Source: Lophium mytilinum
Taxonomy: Eukaryota
Length of the DNA: 64,000 bases
Reading direction: 5' to 3'
Assembly: GCA_010093605.1 (NCBI GenBank)
Contig: MU004190.1
Location: forward strand, 124,001-188,000
Shown one piece after another: positions 11,990 through 24,354 of the stretch (position 1 is its first letter; each line of letters starts with the position of its first letter). The position numbers and the translations under genes are program-made. A model generated the notes under the pieces. The model saw only the letters and a program-made list of their open reading frames with translations. It ran no database searches and was not told the DNA's origin.

Positions 11990-12889
11990 TGTGAAGATAG
12001 AGGCTCTGGGCAATTGGTAGAGGAGGGGTATATTGAGGGGAAGGTTACAGAGGAATGACGCTAGGACGGCTAACTCCTGAGAAATGGAAGGACGATGAGA
12101 AGTAAGGATTCTACGCTATGCACAATGCACTCAAGGGCGATCGTCCACGATTAATGGCGATCTGATTGTGGGGATGACAGGTGATGAGGAAGCTGGGAAG
12201 GGGAGAAGAGGGGACGTCGACGTTGAGCTGAAAGCAAAACAGGGTCACATAGTGCGGTATTTCTCACCTCGCGGCGGGTCTAAAGCACGGCTACGTAGTG
12301 GTGGAACGACTGGGCTCCCGTAGCTTCCGGTGACGAATGCAATTTGCAGCTTTGTAAGTGGCCCCTGCAAGGTTCACGCACCGATGATAAGCCTTTTGCG
12401 AGAATCAAGCTTTCGGCAAAAGGCTTAGCTGTTCCGGTGAGTCGGGCCGGTGAGGGACTAGAACCATCCCAGACTGTCAGGCCAGATTCGTCTGCCAGCT
12501 TTTGGTTCGCCTAGTGAGAGTTTACACCGGTGCCTCAGTACTTCGGGATATTTGCACATTACCTACCTGACAGTAGTGTTTGTGTAGAACGTCATGTGAT
12601 ATCCACCTCTTCAAAAGAAAGTCCGTATACACCTAGGTATGTGCATACCTACGAGCCTAAACATCCCTTAATATACTGAAATGTTACAGCTTCGGCCGTT
12701 CTCAAGTACATCTGATGTGCACACTGCAATCCAAGCATCCATGCCAGACGCGTACTCGATTTAAGCATTTCCTAATAATGTCTATGCAGCGCTCAGTGTT
12801 ACAAGGCCGCGTGCCCAAAATGACCCAACCGCCCGTGACGCCCTCACCAGAACTCCCGAACCACCCATATATACCAACACGCCGCTCAT

Positions 12890-15461
12890 CTAATAATTCT
12901 CCGGCAGCCCCAACTTCCCAAAATCCTCCAACGTATCATTACAACTAAAGTTTCGCTCCCACACCTTCTGCGGCAGAATCCCAGCCGCCATGCCCAGCTT
13001 CCAGCTCCACTGCGTCGCTGCCTCCGTCTCCCACGTCCAGTAGAACCAGCCCCACCCCCTCTCGAAACTCTCCATCTGCGCTATCGAGAACTGGTACAGC
13101 CACTTCTTGTACGCGTCACTGTAATTGCTCGGATCTGCGTTTGCGTCGGAGCACTCGCACTGCGGGCTGTTGTTTGTGGGGCAAGTTGGGTCTAGCACGC
13201 TGGTGGATGCGTTGCCGGTGTTCATATTGCCCTCCCAGCGTGACCCGACGCCGACGTCGTTGATGTACTCGGTGCAGTCCGTGTCGGCCTGACTCCACTC
13301 GCCGCACATGGTTGGGCCAAAGCCGGTGGTCTTGTCTTGTGAGCGGAGGGTCTGCGCCGTCCAGCCTTTGCAGGCGAAGTTGAGTTTGTCGGTGTGCTTG
13401 AGCTTGATCTGGTCTGTGTTGAAGATGACGTATTGGTGCACGTCGAGGACGAGCCTGCTGTCGTCTTGCAGCTTGCCTTGCCATTTATCGAGGCCCATGA
13501 ACCCGTCGCCAAAGACTAGAATGGCTGTGATGTTATTTTTGCGGATCACGTCAATGGCCTTTGTCGTCCAGGTAAGGACGTCGTTGGTGTTGAGGGCCAC
13601 CATGCGTGGCTCATTCAGGATTCCGTACACGGTCACTACGTTCTTGTAGCGAGGCTGCGCAAAGAACGTCGAGAGTTGGCCGTGGATATCGAGAGTGCGT
13701 TGTCCGTTGAGGGCACCGTCAGTCCCATTCAGCCAGCCAATAACACCTTGACGGCCGCTGTGGTTCCAGCCGTTCTGACTCCCAGGAGCGCCGTGAAGAT
13801 CGAGATTTACACGCAGGCCGTTCTGTCGAGCATACTCAATGCCGCGGAGGAGATAGCGCCAGGAGATTTTAGGGACATATGGGTCACCCTCGTAGGTCGT
13901 TACGGCCCAGTAGGAGTACGGTATGCGAACGTGATCGAATCCAGCTGCTCGGATGTCTTCGAAGGTTTCCCGCCTTACAAACGCAGAGTAATGCTGCTCT
14001 AAACTCGTGGTGCATTTAGCTAGGCCCAATTTAGAGCAGAGAGTGTACTCGTCAATTACACCATCGTGGGTACTGAAGTGCTCGAAGAACGAAGGCGTAA
14101 TGAATGGTTCCAGATTCAGCCAACCGCCGACATTTACTCCTCGTATTGGCATAGATCCATAGGCGAACTCGTCTGACAGCTTTGGGACGTTCTCATTGGC
14201 CTGTACTGAGTCGTCCCATGTAGAGTTCAGTCCCATCACCGTCAATCCTCCCACGGTTGCTGCTGTGTACGTAACGTTGAAGTCTAGAGTATCGTACCAC
14301 GTAAAGGGATCTAGTACTGTGCCCTGTGCCGATTTCGGTATGTCGCTTTCAGAGACGCCATTCAGGTTCTTGTTCCCAGGTTTACTCGAGTTTTCTGCGG
14401 CCTTGTCTTGGACGGGGCCGTTGTTTTTCTTGGATAACACTACCGCGACGGGTATTATAATGGCTAGTAGTAAAATCGAAATGCCGACGATGATGACTAC
14501 AGTAAGTGTTAGCAGCTGGACGACCCGAATAAAATGGATGCATACATATATTCTTCCGCTTCTTCTTCCGTGCCCATTCTTCATCTGTGTACCCATCGCT
14601 AGAGCCACCACCGCCTCTCTTCTCAGCGACCTTGTATTCTTCGTATTCATCGTCGTTCCCGCCCTCTTCGAGCAGCGGTCCACTGATCACTCTCCTCTTC
14701 TTCTGGTCTGTTCGGCTTCCGTCTTTCTCTCTCCTCTTCGCTTTCCTTTCTGCTCTTTCGGACGGTGTGTATCTCTCCTCGTACCGCCTCCTCCGCTCAT
14801 CTCGCTCTTCTTCAGTAAGGTGTCGTCTTCTATCGCCCCTCTCGTCATCAGTGTGCGACCTCCTTTTATCTCCCCTCTCATCATCCGTCAGCTCCCTCCT
14901 CTTCTCCCGTTTCTTCTCCCCCCTAACCCTCCCCTCCACCACCCCATCGCTTTCATATGCCCTCCTCCTGTCCTCCTTCCTCCCGCCATCACTCTCATAG
15001 GCCCTCCGCCTCTCCTTCTCCCTAACCCTCTCTTTCTCCTTCTCCCTCACAGCATCCACCTCAAACACCCTCCGCCTCTCCCTCTCCGCCTCCCTCTCCT
15101 TCCTCTTCACCTCCCTCTCCTCCCTAAGCCTCTCCCTCTCAAGCCTCGCCTCCTTCTCCCGCACCTCCTTGATATAGTTCTCATCATACTCGTACCCCTT
15201 ATACCCCTTCTTATGATTATGCTTATCCAGCGCCGCCAGTCCCTCAACCGACAACGGATTCGAGCTGCTCGCGCGCGACGCCCGCTGCTTCCGCGGACTC
15301 GGGCTCTCCGACGCGCTGGTGTCGGCGCCGGGCGCAGCAGTGTTTCGGAGGAGTGCGCCGGTGCTGTCGGTGGCTTTGTGGCCGCGGCGGCGGTGTTGGC
15401 GGTCGCGGGAGGGGGAGTCGCGCGGTGGGCGGTCGTGGTGGGAGGGGGTGTCCCGGGCCAT
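12890..15461 (-). CDS. exgD: Membrane-anchored GH5 exo-beta-1,3-glucanase (ExgD type), 2 exons
   Basis: Intron 14497-14545 (GTATGC..GCTAAC..TAG) joins the R/E-rich N-terminal ORF to a TM helix and the GH5 domain: RGVNVGGWL.LEPFITPS, DHVRIP, DLHGAPGSQNGWNHSG, NEP (acid/base), GEWS (nucleophile). Confidence 0.92.
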
Positions 15462-15628
15462 TGGGGCGCCGGGAGGGGAGAGAGGAATGTGGGATGTAGG
15501 ATGTGTACTAAATGAGGATGCGATGGAATGTGGAATGTGTAGATCTGGGAGCGATTGAGGCTCTTGGGGATTTGGGATGGGATGCGAGGTCGGGTGGCGG
15601 AGGTGGTTTGTTTAATTGGGGCGTCGTG

Positions 15629-15641
15629 GTTGCCCGGCAAC
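15629..15641. promoter_or_regulatory. X-box (RFX-type) palindrome GTTGCCCGGCAAC upstream of exgD
   Basis: Perfect GTTGCC-N-GGCAAC inverted repeat about 170 bp upstream of the ATG. Confidence 0.4.
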
Positions 15642-16110
15642 GGTTTTTTGGCGGCAAAACTGACGTGGCCCCAAGACGTCAAGAACACCAAGAACTTGGA
15701 CGGCGCCTCGCGACTAATGAGTTATCGCTAGGTGCTTCATCGGAAACGGGTGCAGTGCCTTGACAGGTATAGTGAAAAGCATTGTGTGTTTGTCTTTGTG
15801 CGAAGTAAGATTCGACGGCACTCAGGACGCTTCCCCGCATCCGCAACAGCCATTTCCTTTCTACCCCATCACTCTTCATTCTGTCGAGATCGTGCTTTCC
15901 GCCCCAAATTAGGTGATACTGTCTCCATCTCGGTCTCGTAGACGTGGTACTTTGTTGAATTTCTTGGTCACTCAATCTTGTCTACATAGCCTTCTCGCAG
16001 CCGGTTTGAGTAAAATCTCCCGTAACTTGCTCCACCATCATCACGCGATAAGTAGGTTCTTATTTTCTTGAGGGTATTAAGATAAAGAAATATTCCGCAC
16101 TTGTTTCAAA

Positions 16111-16348
16111 CCCGTGGCGTACGCGAATGGAAGGTCTGTCCTGCTATGTAATGTCCGCACCTTCCACTAAAAGCAGAACGGTACGCTGCTTTATTTGCTG
16201 GCAAATTACAACTTCATAGGTAGGAAGTGGTTAAATGTTGTTGCTATGGCGGCCTAAGAGTTGAAGCCTATTTAAACGTTCTTTGATTGCAAGTCCTTTG
16301 CCAAATTTTCATTCAGACTAATGTTTACTAAGCGTTGGGTTACTGCCG
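16111..16348 (+). repeat. Diverged direct repeat, copy A (pairs with 17455-17693)
   Basis: Shared blocks CCCGTGGC..AATGGAAGGTCT..GCAGAAC.GTACGCTGCTTTATTTGCT.GCAAAT..GGTAGGAAGT..TGGCGG..AAGAGT..TTGCCAA..AAGCGTT.GGT.ACTGCCG. Confidence 0.85.
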
Positions 16349-16400
16349 CTACGTAGAAAGAGCATGGAAAACCAGAGTCAAACACCCATCTATCCTAGGA

Positions 16401-17111
16401 ATGGCACCCTCCCGTTCTACGCCGGCCAAGCTTACCTCGCGCACGCAAGCCACTCTGAACGGCTTCTTCAATCCACCAAACTCTTCGTCCACCCGAGTAT
16501 CTAAGTGGTCGCCGCCGACCAAATCCCAATCTCAGTCGAAGGGGGCCGTCCCCACAGGTTCAGACCGCGTGTTAACCGACGTGCTGCTCGCCATCAAGCC
16601 CGTTCACCTCGCCAATATTGCTAGCGGACAGAAGAACCATGAGTTCCGCAAGTACCGGCTGCGCGACGCAGTCACAAGACTGTGGCTGTACGAGACCGGC
16701 GACGGCGGTAAGGGTCGGGCGTCTATTACGTAAGCCTATCTTTTGCCTATCTATTTATTCATCTTTGCCATCTCCTCCTACTTTTTTATCGCCTCATTTG
16801 CCTTATACTAAGATCTAACCAGGCATATCGCGGTCATCCCAGCTTCCGTACGCCATACCCCTGGCTCTGTACCCACTGAACCCTTCGGCATAGGGAACAC
16901 CGACTTCAACGGCGGCCTCAAAGAGTCTAAGTACGGATACCCCGTGTTGGAGCTGTACGAGCTGGTCCGTCCAGTGTCGCTGGCGGAGATGAAGAACCAG
17001 TGGGGCATGGGTGGCGCGCCTATGGGGTGGCGCTACGTGAGGACAGACTTGTGGGAGGATAGCTGGGGAGAGGATCAAGATAGGGCTCAGAAAGTAATTC
17101 GGGTGTTTTGA
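16401..17111 (+). CDS. ASCH/PUA-like domain protein, 2 exons
   Basis: DVLLAIKPVHLANIASGQKNHEFRKY carries the ASCH GxKxxExR motif. Intron 16730-16822 (GTAAGC..CTAAC.AG) continues into HIAVIP...GIGNTDFNGGLKESKYGYPVLELYEL...APMGWRYV. Confidence 0.8.
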
Positions 17112-17454
17112 TGCAGGGTAAGCGTGGTGGGTAGAACGAAGAAGCTGCCGCTCATGTCTGGAAGGTCTTTGCGGTTTTGTCCCTCTACCCTGCTCTTATC
17201 CAAGCCTTCATGACAGGAATGTGGCTGACATCGCAGGACTTTGCTGGATACGAAGGAAAAAGGGCAGGCGCTCGAGTTGATGGGCGAAGTTTCCCCCGAC
17301 AACCGTCTGCGGCCCAGCGGAGATGATGGTTGAGGCCTCATCAATGACTAGATGCGGAATTTTGCGCGGTTGGTGTTCTGGACATTACATGTTTGGTTGA
17401 CAGCACCTATCTTGACCACATCAAGCTTAAGGTGTTTTCTGCACATGGCCTAAG

Positions 17455-17693
17455 CCCGTGGCATATGTGAAATGGAAGGTCTATCTTGCTAAGGAACACT
17501 TGCAGCTTCGAACAAACGCAGAACAGTACGCTGCTTTATTTGCTAGCAAATCACTACTGTCATGGTAGGAAGTCTTAGATATTGCTGCTGTGGCGGATCA
17601 AGAGTAAGTAGCAAATCTCAAACATATAATTTGCATGCTTTCTTGCCAATTTGGCACTTGAGCTAAAGTTTGCAAAGCGTTTGGTCACTGCCG
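17455..17693 (+). repeat. Diverged direct repeat, copy B (pairs with 16111-16348)
   Basis: Colinear match to copy A over about 240 bp. Confidence 0.85.
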
Positions 17694-17856
17694 TATGAGG
17701 TCACATCGCGGTTCAATTTGCTCGAGTGATCGACCACGCCAAAAGGATAGACTGAAAGCAAACCGCAAGCATTGGATATATTAGCAACTCGTTCCTCTTC
17801 TATCATACCGAATCTCGAATCATCCCTGGGGCACAGACTTACAACGAGCGCTGAAT

Positions 17857-18666
17857 ATGAATGTACACACCTTGAACGAGCGCGGCGACGGCGTTGATTC
17901 GACGGAGCACCCATTGATTATCGGATACAATGCAGCTCTCCAAGACATACCAGGACTGAACACGGCCCCAAGGGCCCCACCGCTGTCCGGTATTCCCTTG
18001 ACGACGGCTGAGGTCTTCCGACCTTCTGCTGAAGCCGACACTCCAATAACCTTGTTCACGCATCACGCTTCAGAGCATACGATCCGCTATTGCCATCCCG
18101 GGGCACATCGCCTCGTTCGTCGCTTCGTCACCGATCCCAGGGAGATTCTCATTTACACAAGTGGCTCATGTTTTGACCAGAGGGATGCAACCGAGTCGCC
18201 CAAACTCATTGCCGGATGCGCCTTCGTCTACAAACCCCCTCCGTATCCGAAGACCAGCTGCCAGTTTCGGCTGGAAAATAGAGGCCCTACCGAGGTGCAC
18301 CCACTGACCAAAAGGCGTGCAGAGCTTCGGGCTGCGCTCGGAGCCCTTGCATTTCGTAAGTGGTCTGGAGAGGGCTGGCTAAAAGTTGTCATTGCTACAG
18401 ATTCAAACTACGTGGTTTTCGGTGCCACTGAAAAAATCGAGGATTGGGCTGAAGAGGGATGGAAGACTGAAGCCGATAGCCCGGTCGAAGATGTTGATTT
18501 GTGGAAGATGCTACTTGCCGAGATCAACACGTTGGCGGGCAACGGTGTTGAGGTAGCATTTTGGCGCATTCCTAGGGAGCTTAATCTAGCAGATAGCCCC
18601 GCGAAAGAGGCGGAGATGGGGGAGGAGAGGACTGAGTACAGTATGGTCATCGGAGTAGGCGTTTGA
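17857..18666 (+). CDS. RNase H1-like protein, first catalytic Asp replaced by Ser
   Basis: IYTSGSC (canonical YTDGxC), RAELRAA, IATDSNYVV.G, W...GWKT....V...DLW, FWRIPRELN.AD. Confidence 0.85.
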   Translation: MNVHTLNERGDGVDSTEHPLIIGYNAALQDIPGLNTAPRAPPLSGIPLTTAEVFRPSAEADTPITLFTHHASEHTIRYCHPGAHRLVRRFVTDPREILIYTSGSCFDQRDATESPKLIAGCAFVYKPPPYPKTSCQFRLENRGPTEVHPLTKRRAELRAALGALAFRKWSGEGWLKVVIATDSNYVVFGATEKIEDWAEEGWKTEADSPVEDVDLWKMLLAEINTLAGNGVEVAFWRIPRELNLADSPAKEAEMGEERTEYSMVIGVGV

Positions 18667-18974
18667 TGCATACTTTCTAGTCAACTGGGCTGGATGTTGT
18701 TTAAGGAAGGCATCGGATTTGTATCCTGCCCCAAGGGTCTAAGACTTCTCTATCCTAGATTGCACGTGTTGAGGACATTGCTGTAAGAAAGGAGTGTAGT
18801 CCTTGTTCACTCTCATTGGTCAGTGTAGGATTAGTCATTAGCGCTGTGCCTCAATGCTTCGTCTGCCGCAATTCAAGGCGTAACCCTTTCAACACACTTT
18901 CTCATCACAGATGCATATGTCTCGAGACTTTCAAAAACCCTAGAGCAATAATAAGTGATTTTTGAGGTACCAGA

Positions 18975-21374
18975 ATGTCACGACCGGCCCCCACGATGCC
19001 CCAGGCCCAGCCTAAGCCGCCACCCACGCCTGCTCTTCACCAGTACGCGTGTCTACGTTGTAGGTCACGCCGTGTAAAATGCGACAAAATCCTATTTGGA
19101 TGCGCGAACTGTTCTAGCCATGGGGCCCACTGTGTCTACTCGTCGCGTCGTCCCCGGAAGCCACAGAAGATTGCACAGGATCAAACGACGTCCCAAAGAC
19201 TGTTACTACCAGCGTCAACGTCTCCGTCGGTATCCCAGGGAACCATCGAATCTGAAGCGGACAATCTAGGCACTGAACTGGCGTTTGATCACACTTCGGT
19301 GGCTTCCGAGCATCAAAGTGATGATGAATGTGATGACGCCGTTCTTCCCCGGGAGCTGAACAACGCCGCGTTCAAGGTCAGGAACGATACCACCAATTCA
19401 GATCGTGGTAGATTGTTCGTCGGTCCGCAGGGGAAGTCCCGTTACATCAACGGTGAGAAGGTAAAGCAGGTAGCCTATCTCGAGACAGTCCTTTCAATTG
19501 AGCCGCGTGGAAACCAATACGAAACCGCGACGACAGTATCACCGAATCGGAACGACAGCTTGATTGCGACATCGTTATTGACTGCTTCATACGAGAAAAG
19601 AGATCTGCATATATGCCATCCATCTCCTGAGATTATGCATGTCCTTTGGGAATACTACTGTTGCAACGTAGATGTCATGGTGAAAGTGCTGTATAAGCCG
19701 GCCGTAGACACCTTAATCATGCGTGCTTCGAAAGACTTGTCTTCCGTCGACTCCGCTACTGAAGCGCCACTTCTCTTCGCGATTTGGTACGTCAGATTGC
19801 AAAAAGGATGTCTAGGGCGAGGGCATTACGTTCGTTCCGTGTTCGAGGTGCTAACTATTTGAATAGGCTTGCCACCGCTACGTCCATGTCCGCTGAAGAA
19901 TGCTGGAAATTACATGGAGAGAATAGAGGAGTGCTCATACGAAAATATCGATGCGCGCTCGAAGGCTCCCTTGCGGAAGCAGGATGGATGACTACTCAAG
20001 ATATCCTTGTTCTACAAAGCCTCACGCTATATCTGGTAGGCTATCTTCACTCCAATTCTCCGAAAATATTATTACCCAGTATCTGAAGGGCGCTTTGGAG
20101 TCCTATCATAATTCATTTGAGATATGACTAGCCGTAAAATGCTGCGGCGCCCTCTTATGCCATCCCTTTGATCCGAGGGATTTGTATCGACACCTACGGT
20201 CTGTATCTGACATTCTTAGGTTTTCGCTTCAGCGAACTCGCGTTCCACATGGATACTGAATGGGATTGCTCTCAGTCTTGCCCAAGCGATGGGTATGCAC
20301 TCGGATAGCTCGTCATTCTCTCTGGGCGCGATTGAGACCGAAGTCCGCCGCCGTATCTGGTGGGTACTGTGTCAAACAGATGTTCGCGTCTCAGAGAATT
20401 GCGGCCTTCAGTCTCATGTACCCTTCACTATGGACACAGAGCTTCCCATGAATATCAACGACTCGGACCTCATTTCAGCCAAAGAAAATCCCCTCATTTC
20501 ACGGAATCACTTCACGGAGATGTCGGTGAGCCTTGTCAAAATTGAAATGACCCGGACCAAGCTACAGTTCAATCGCTCCACGCTGAACAAAGAGGAGAAG
20601 GAAAGGCTAGTACAGGATCAGCTGCAAAGATACGAGGACACATATCTCAAGTACTACGATGGGCACTTGGAGCTCCACCGCCTCTATTATCTCGGAACTC
20701 GCCTTATAATGGCTAGAATTTGGAGAATGATGCATGATGCTACACACGACGGATCGGATGACGAAACACTTCAGGAGCCACTAATCTTATGGAATGCGGA
20801 CGTGCTAGAGATTGCGCATCAGTTACCATGTAAATACCGACAACATGGCTGGTTCTTCCGTTGTAAATATACGCAATGGCACGCCGCGGCCTATCTTTTG
20901 ATTCAAATGTGTAAACACACTCTAGGACCTGCCGTGGACCGCGCCTGGGAAGTTCTTGACGTCGCGTTCGCCGACTGGTATGAAGATCTCATCACACGGA
21001 GCCCGGAGGATTTCGGAAAGCTCAGCAATACCGTCAAGAACTTATGGCAGCCTTTGTTACGACTCCGTGAGCGTGCCCGGGATATCAGAAGACAAGCACT
21101 AGAATTACGACCACACTCAGTTTCGGCAGTTACACCTTCAATCCTCGGCACCGGACATGACACTAGCAACTCGACTCCTGAAAACCTTCCGCCGTCAATC
21201 CAACTAGAAGGTGGTGTGACAGGCGACCCCTTCTTTGGTTCGGTCGAAGATCTGTACAAGGAGATGAATTGGGAACAGTTTGATGATTGGGTGCAGAACT
21301 TTCAAGAAGGCCTCGACGAACAGAATCTGCAGTACAAAGACAAGGATGTGATCGGAGCTTTGAGTTGGTGGTAG
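18975..21374 (+). CDS. Zn(II)2Cys6 transcription factor with fungal TF middle homology region, 3 exons
   Basis: ACLRCRSRRVKCDKILFGCANCSSHGAHCVY. Introns 19787-19866 and 20036-20219 give WILNGIALSLAQAMGMH.D...ETEVRRRIWW. Confidence 0.9.
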
Positions 21375-21766
21375 TAAGAATGTGAATCAAAAGGTACAAC
21401 ATCTCCTAAAGTTGGACAGTCTGTGCAGCTTACGGAAACCCTCATCAGTGCTCGCTGTTTCGCTATTTCGCCCTTTTGCTGACCACTAAGAAATGCTGGA
21501 AAAACACGCTAGGTTAGTAGACGTAGCCGTGCATTTCTCAGCCGAGCATGAAGAAGGTTAGCGTGCTCGCTCTTTCGTGGCCAATCACAAGCCAGACGTA
21601 CTTCCACGATTTGCTCAAAAGCACCTCTAAGTATCAAGCCCATTGTCCATTCTTGTTAGAAGTACTCCTCGTAAGCATCCACTTGCCGACGACTGTCTTG
21701 GCGCATCAAAAGGAGCCGCATTCGACATTCCCGACCTCGGACATACTTGCGACCACAACAGTAACC

Positions 21767-23541
21767 ATGAGCACCGAAGATAAGCTCGAACCTTCCTCGC
21801 CTCCCTCAACCTCCCCATCACAATTAGAGGCCCGGGATGGTAGCGAGAAGGCTGTCGACCCAAATCTCATTGACTTTGACGGTCCGGACGATCCTTACAA
21901 TGCGCTCAATTGGCCCTTTGGTAAGAAAGTTAGGGTCACCTTGCTCTACAGCTTCTGTACTATGGGAGCGACGTGGGCAAGTACCGCGTTAGTCGTTCCC
22001 GAATTATACCTTTCTCTCATTTTGCTGACCCGTGCAACAGCTACAATTCTGGGATCGTGGAGATAGAGAAGCATTTCCATGTGAGCCAGGAGGTCGCGCT
22101 CCTGGGAATGTCACTGTACCTGTTCGGGTATGCTAAAAACCTCTATCATCTGATCCGACGTTCGAAGCTTATGTGGGGTTTAGCAATGCGTTTGGTCCTT
22201 TCCTCTGGGCACCAGTGTCCGAGGCTTACGGTCGCAAGCCTTCCATTTTGATCCCTCTCTTCGGCCTTACACTCTTCTCGTTCGCATCCGCTACCGCCAA
22301 AGACATCCAGACACTCTTTATCACTCGATTCTTCGGTGGTGTGTTTGGATCAGCTCCTCTTTGTAACACTGGTGGCGTCATAGCAGACATATGGCAACCG
22401 ACACATAGAGGCCCGGCGCTTCTTATGTGGGGTCTGTCGGTCATCATCGGACCACTGATTGCCCCCATCATTGGAGGCGCTTTAGTGATCAGTATGCCCA
22501 CCGTTGGCTGGAGATGGACCGAATACGTGAGTCCGCTTGCGAAAGAGCATCATGGATTGCTGGCTTATAAGCGTGTTGCCAGGTCACCGGTATCATTTTG
22601 GCCGTCGCCGTCTCTACCAGTAGCATTTGGGTAGACGAAAGCTACCCTCCCGTTCTTCTTGCGCGCAAAGCCAACCGCATTCGATTCGAAACCAAGAACT
22701 GGGCATTTCACTCCAAGAGCCAGGAGGCGGGAACATCGTTCAAGGAGCTGCTGCGCAAGTATTTCATCGTGCCGTTTGAGATGCTGGTAGACCCCATTGC
22801 CTTTATTATCAACATTTACGCTGCCTTTTGCTATGCTATTATTTACCTGTGCGTCACATTCATTTGCATCTTCGAATTGGCCTTGCTAATGATAATACAG
22901 CGCTATTCCAACTCTTCCTTACGAATTCAACCAAACCCGCCACTGGAACGCAGTAGTCGGAGCCACACCCTTTACGGCAATCATTATCGGAGTGATATTC
23001 TCGGCATTCGTAATCTTGTGGGGAGGAGTCTACTACAAGAAGCGTTTCATCGCCAATGGCAACAAGATCATTCCAGAAGCGCGCTTGCCACCCATGATGA
23101 TCGGATCAGTCTTCTTCGCCGCTGGACTATTCATCATGGCCTGGACTTCCAAAGCCAGTGTCCATTGGATAGGGTTCTGCGTTGGGTCTGCTTGCCTCGG
23201 TCTCGGCTTCTTCACGATCTTCCAGAGTTGTCTGGGCTACCTCGTCGACACGTACCTTGGGCTCGCCGCGAGCGCGATTGCAGCGAATTTGTTTATGAGA
23301 AGCATGCTCGCGGGCGCTTTCCCGCTGTTTTCTCACGCCTGTACGTAAAATTGAGATCCCGTAAGGTTGTGAGAAGGGCTAACGTGAGCCTACAGTATAC
23401 ACCAACCTTGGACTTGATTGGGGATTGAGCCTTCTCGGATTCTTGGCTGTGGCCATGCTGCCTATTCCATATGTGTTCTATATCTTCGGCAAGCGGATCC
23501 GCGCAGTGGGTAATCATTCGAATAAGACCTTTGTTCCTTAA
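21767..23541 (+). CDS. MFS transporter, DHA1 (drug:H+ antiporter) family, multi-exon
   Basis: FDGPDDPYNALNWP..KK, GP..WAPVSEAYGRK, RFFGGVFGSAP...GG.IADI, ESYPPVLL, PEARLPP, YLVDTY...AASAIAAN...RS..AGAFPLF, PIPYVFYIFGKRIR; several short introns. Confidence 0.92.
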
Positions 23542-24354
23542 GCGACGCGGTACTTTCGATGGTTGAATTCGATCTGATGGGGAGGAGATCATGCTTGTCG
23601 GAGGGAGTCTCTGTAGCTCTCCCAAGTAAACAATGGAATATCAGGTAGGCGAATAGTGGGGAAGGAGGCCACTTGATAATGCTTTACATTCTCCGGACCG
23701 AAGATGTGAGTCTAGAGCTCGTCGCTCTTTATTAGCTAGATTTGGGAAACACGCTCCATTCATTTATCATGCCGATTCTTTCTGGTGAAGTAGACTTTCT
23801 TCTGTCGATCTAGGATTCCAACGGCACTTCTCGGCCCGTGCCCTCTAATATGCCCTCTAGCTCTATGCAAGGGCTGGAACCGTCGCGTGCGCAGTTCTCA
23901 CTACAGATCGGATTGATTAATGACGAATTCTGGCTTGGCGAGGCTTGGCAGCCAGACGGGCTTCACTTTATGTGAACTCGCGTCGCTGCTCTCTTTCACC
24001 GTACATCACCGACTTCAAATTGAAGGTATGCTGTCCCGCAGGAACCACCCCGTCGGATCGAGAAGTAGAGTATCTGACTTGTGATTCAGATGCCATCCAG
24101 CAAATAGCCTACGGGCGACGAAGATCCAGGTATGTTCAACCCCCGAAAGGGACTTTTCTGTGCTTGTAGTTCACAGCATATAGGTGAAGCTTTCCGGCGA
24201 AGTAAGTGTCCATTAAGGTCGATCCTATCTTCTGCTAGACCTAACACCAACCAGTGGCGCGTGGAGAAGCGAGAGCGGGAGCAGCTGGTTAGTATACCCG
24301 GAAAAGACATTTGTCACTGGCACGATGCATGGCTAACTGTGTGGTATAGCCCTC

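Noticed and set aside
14196..15515. 439-aa plus-strand Pro/Leu-rich ORF
   Set aside because: Antisense shadow of the R/E-rich exgD exon.
17857..18666. RNase H as part of an LTR retrotransposon, with the 240-bp repeats as LTRs
   Set aside because: No gag, RT or integrase; the RNase H gene lies outside the repeat pair; no TG..CA termini were recognised.
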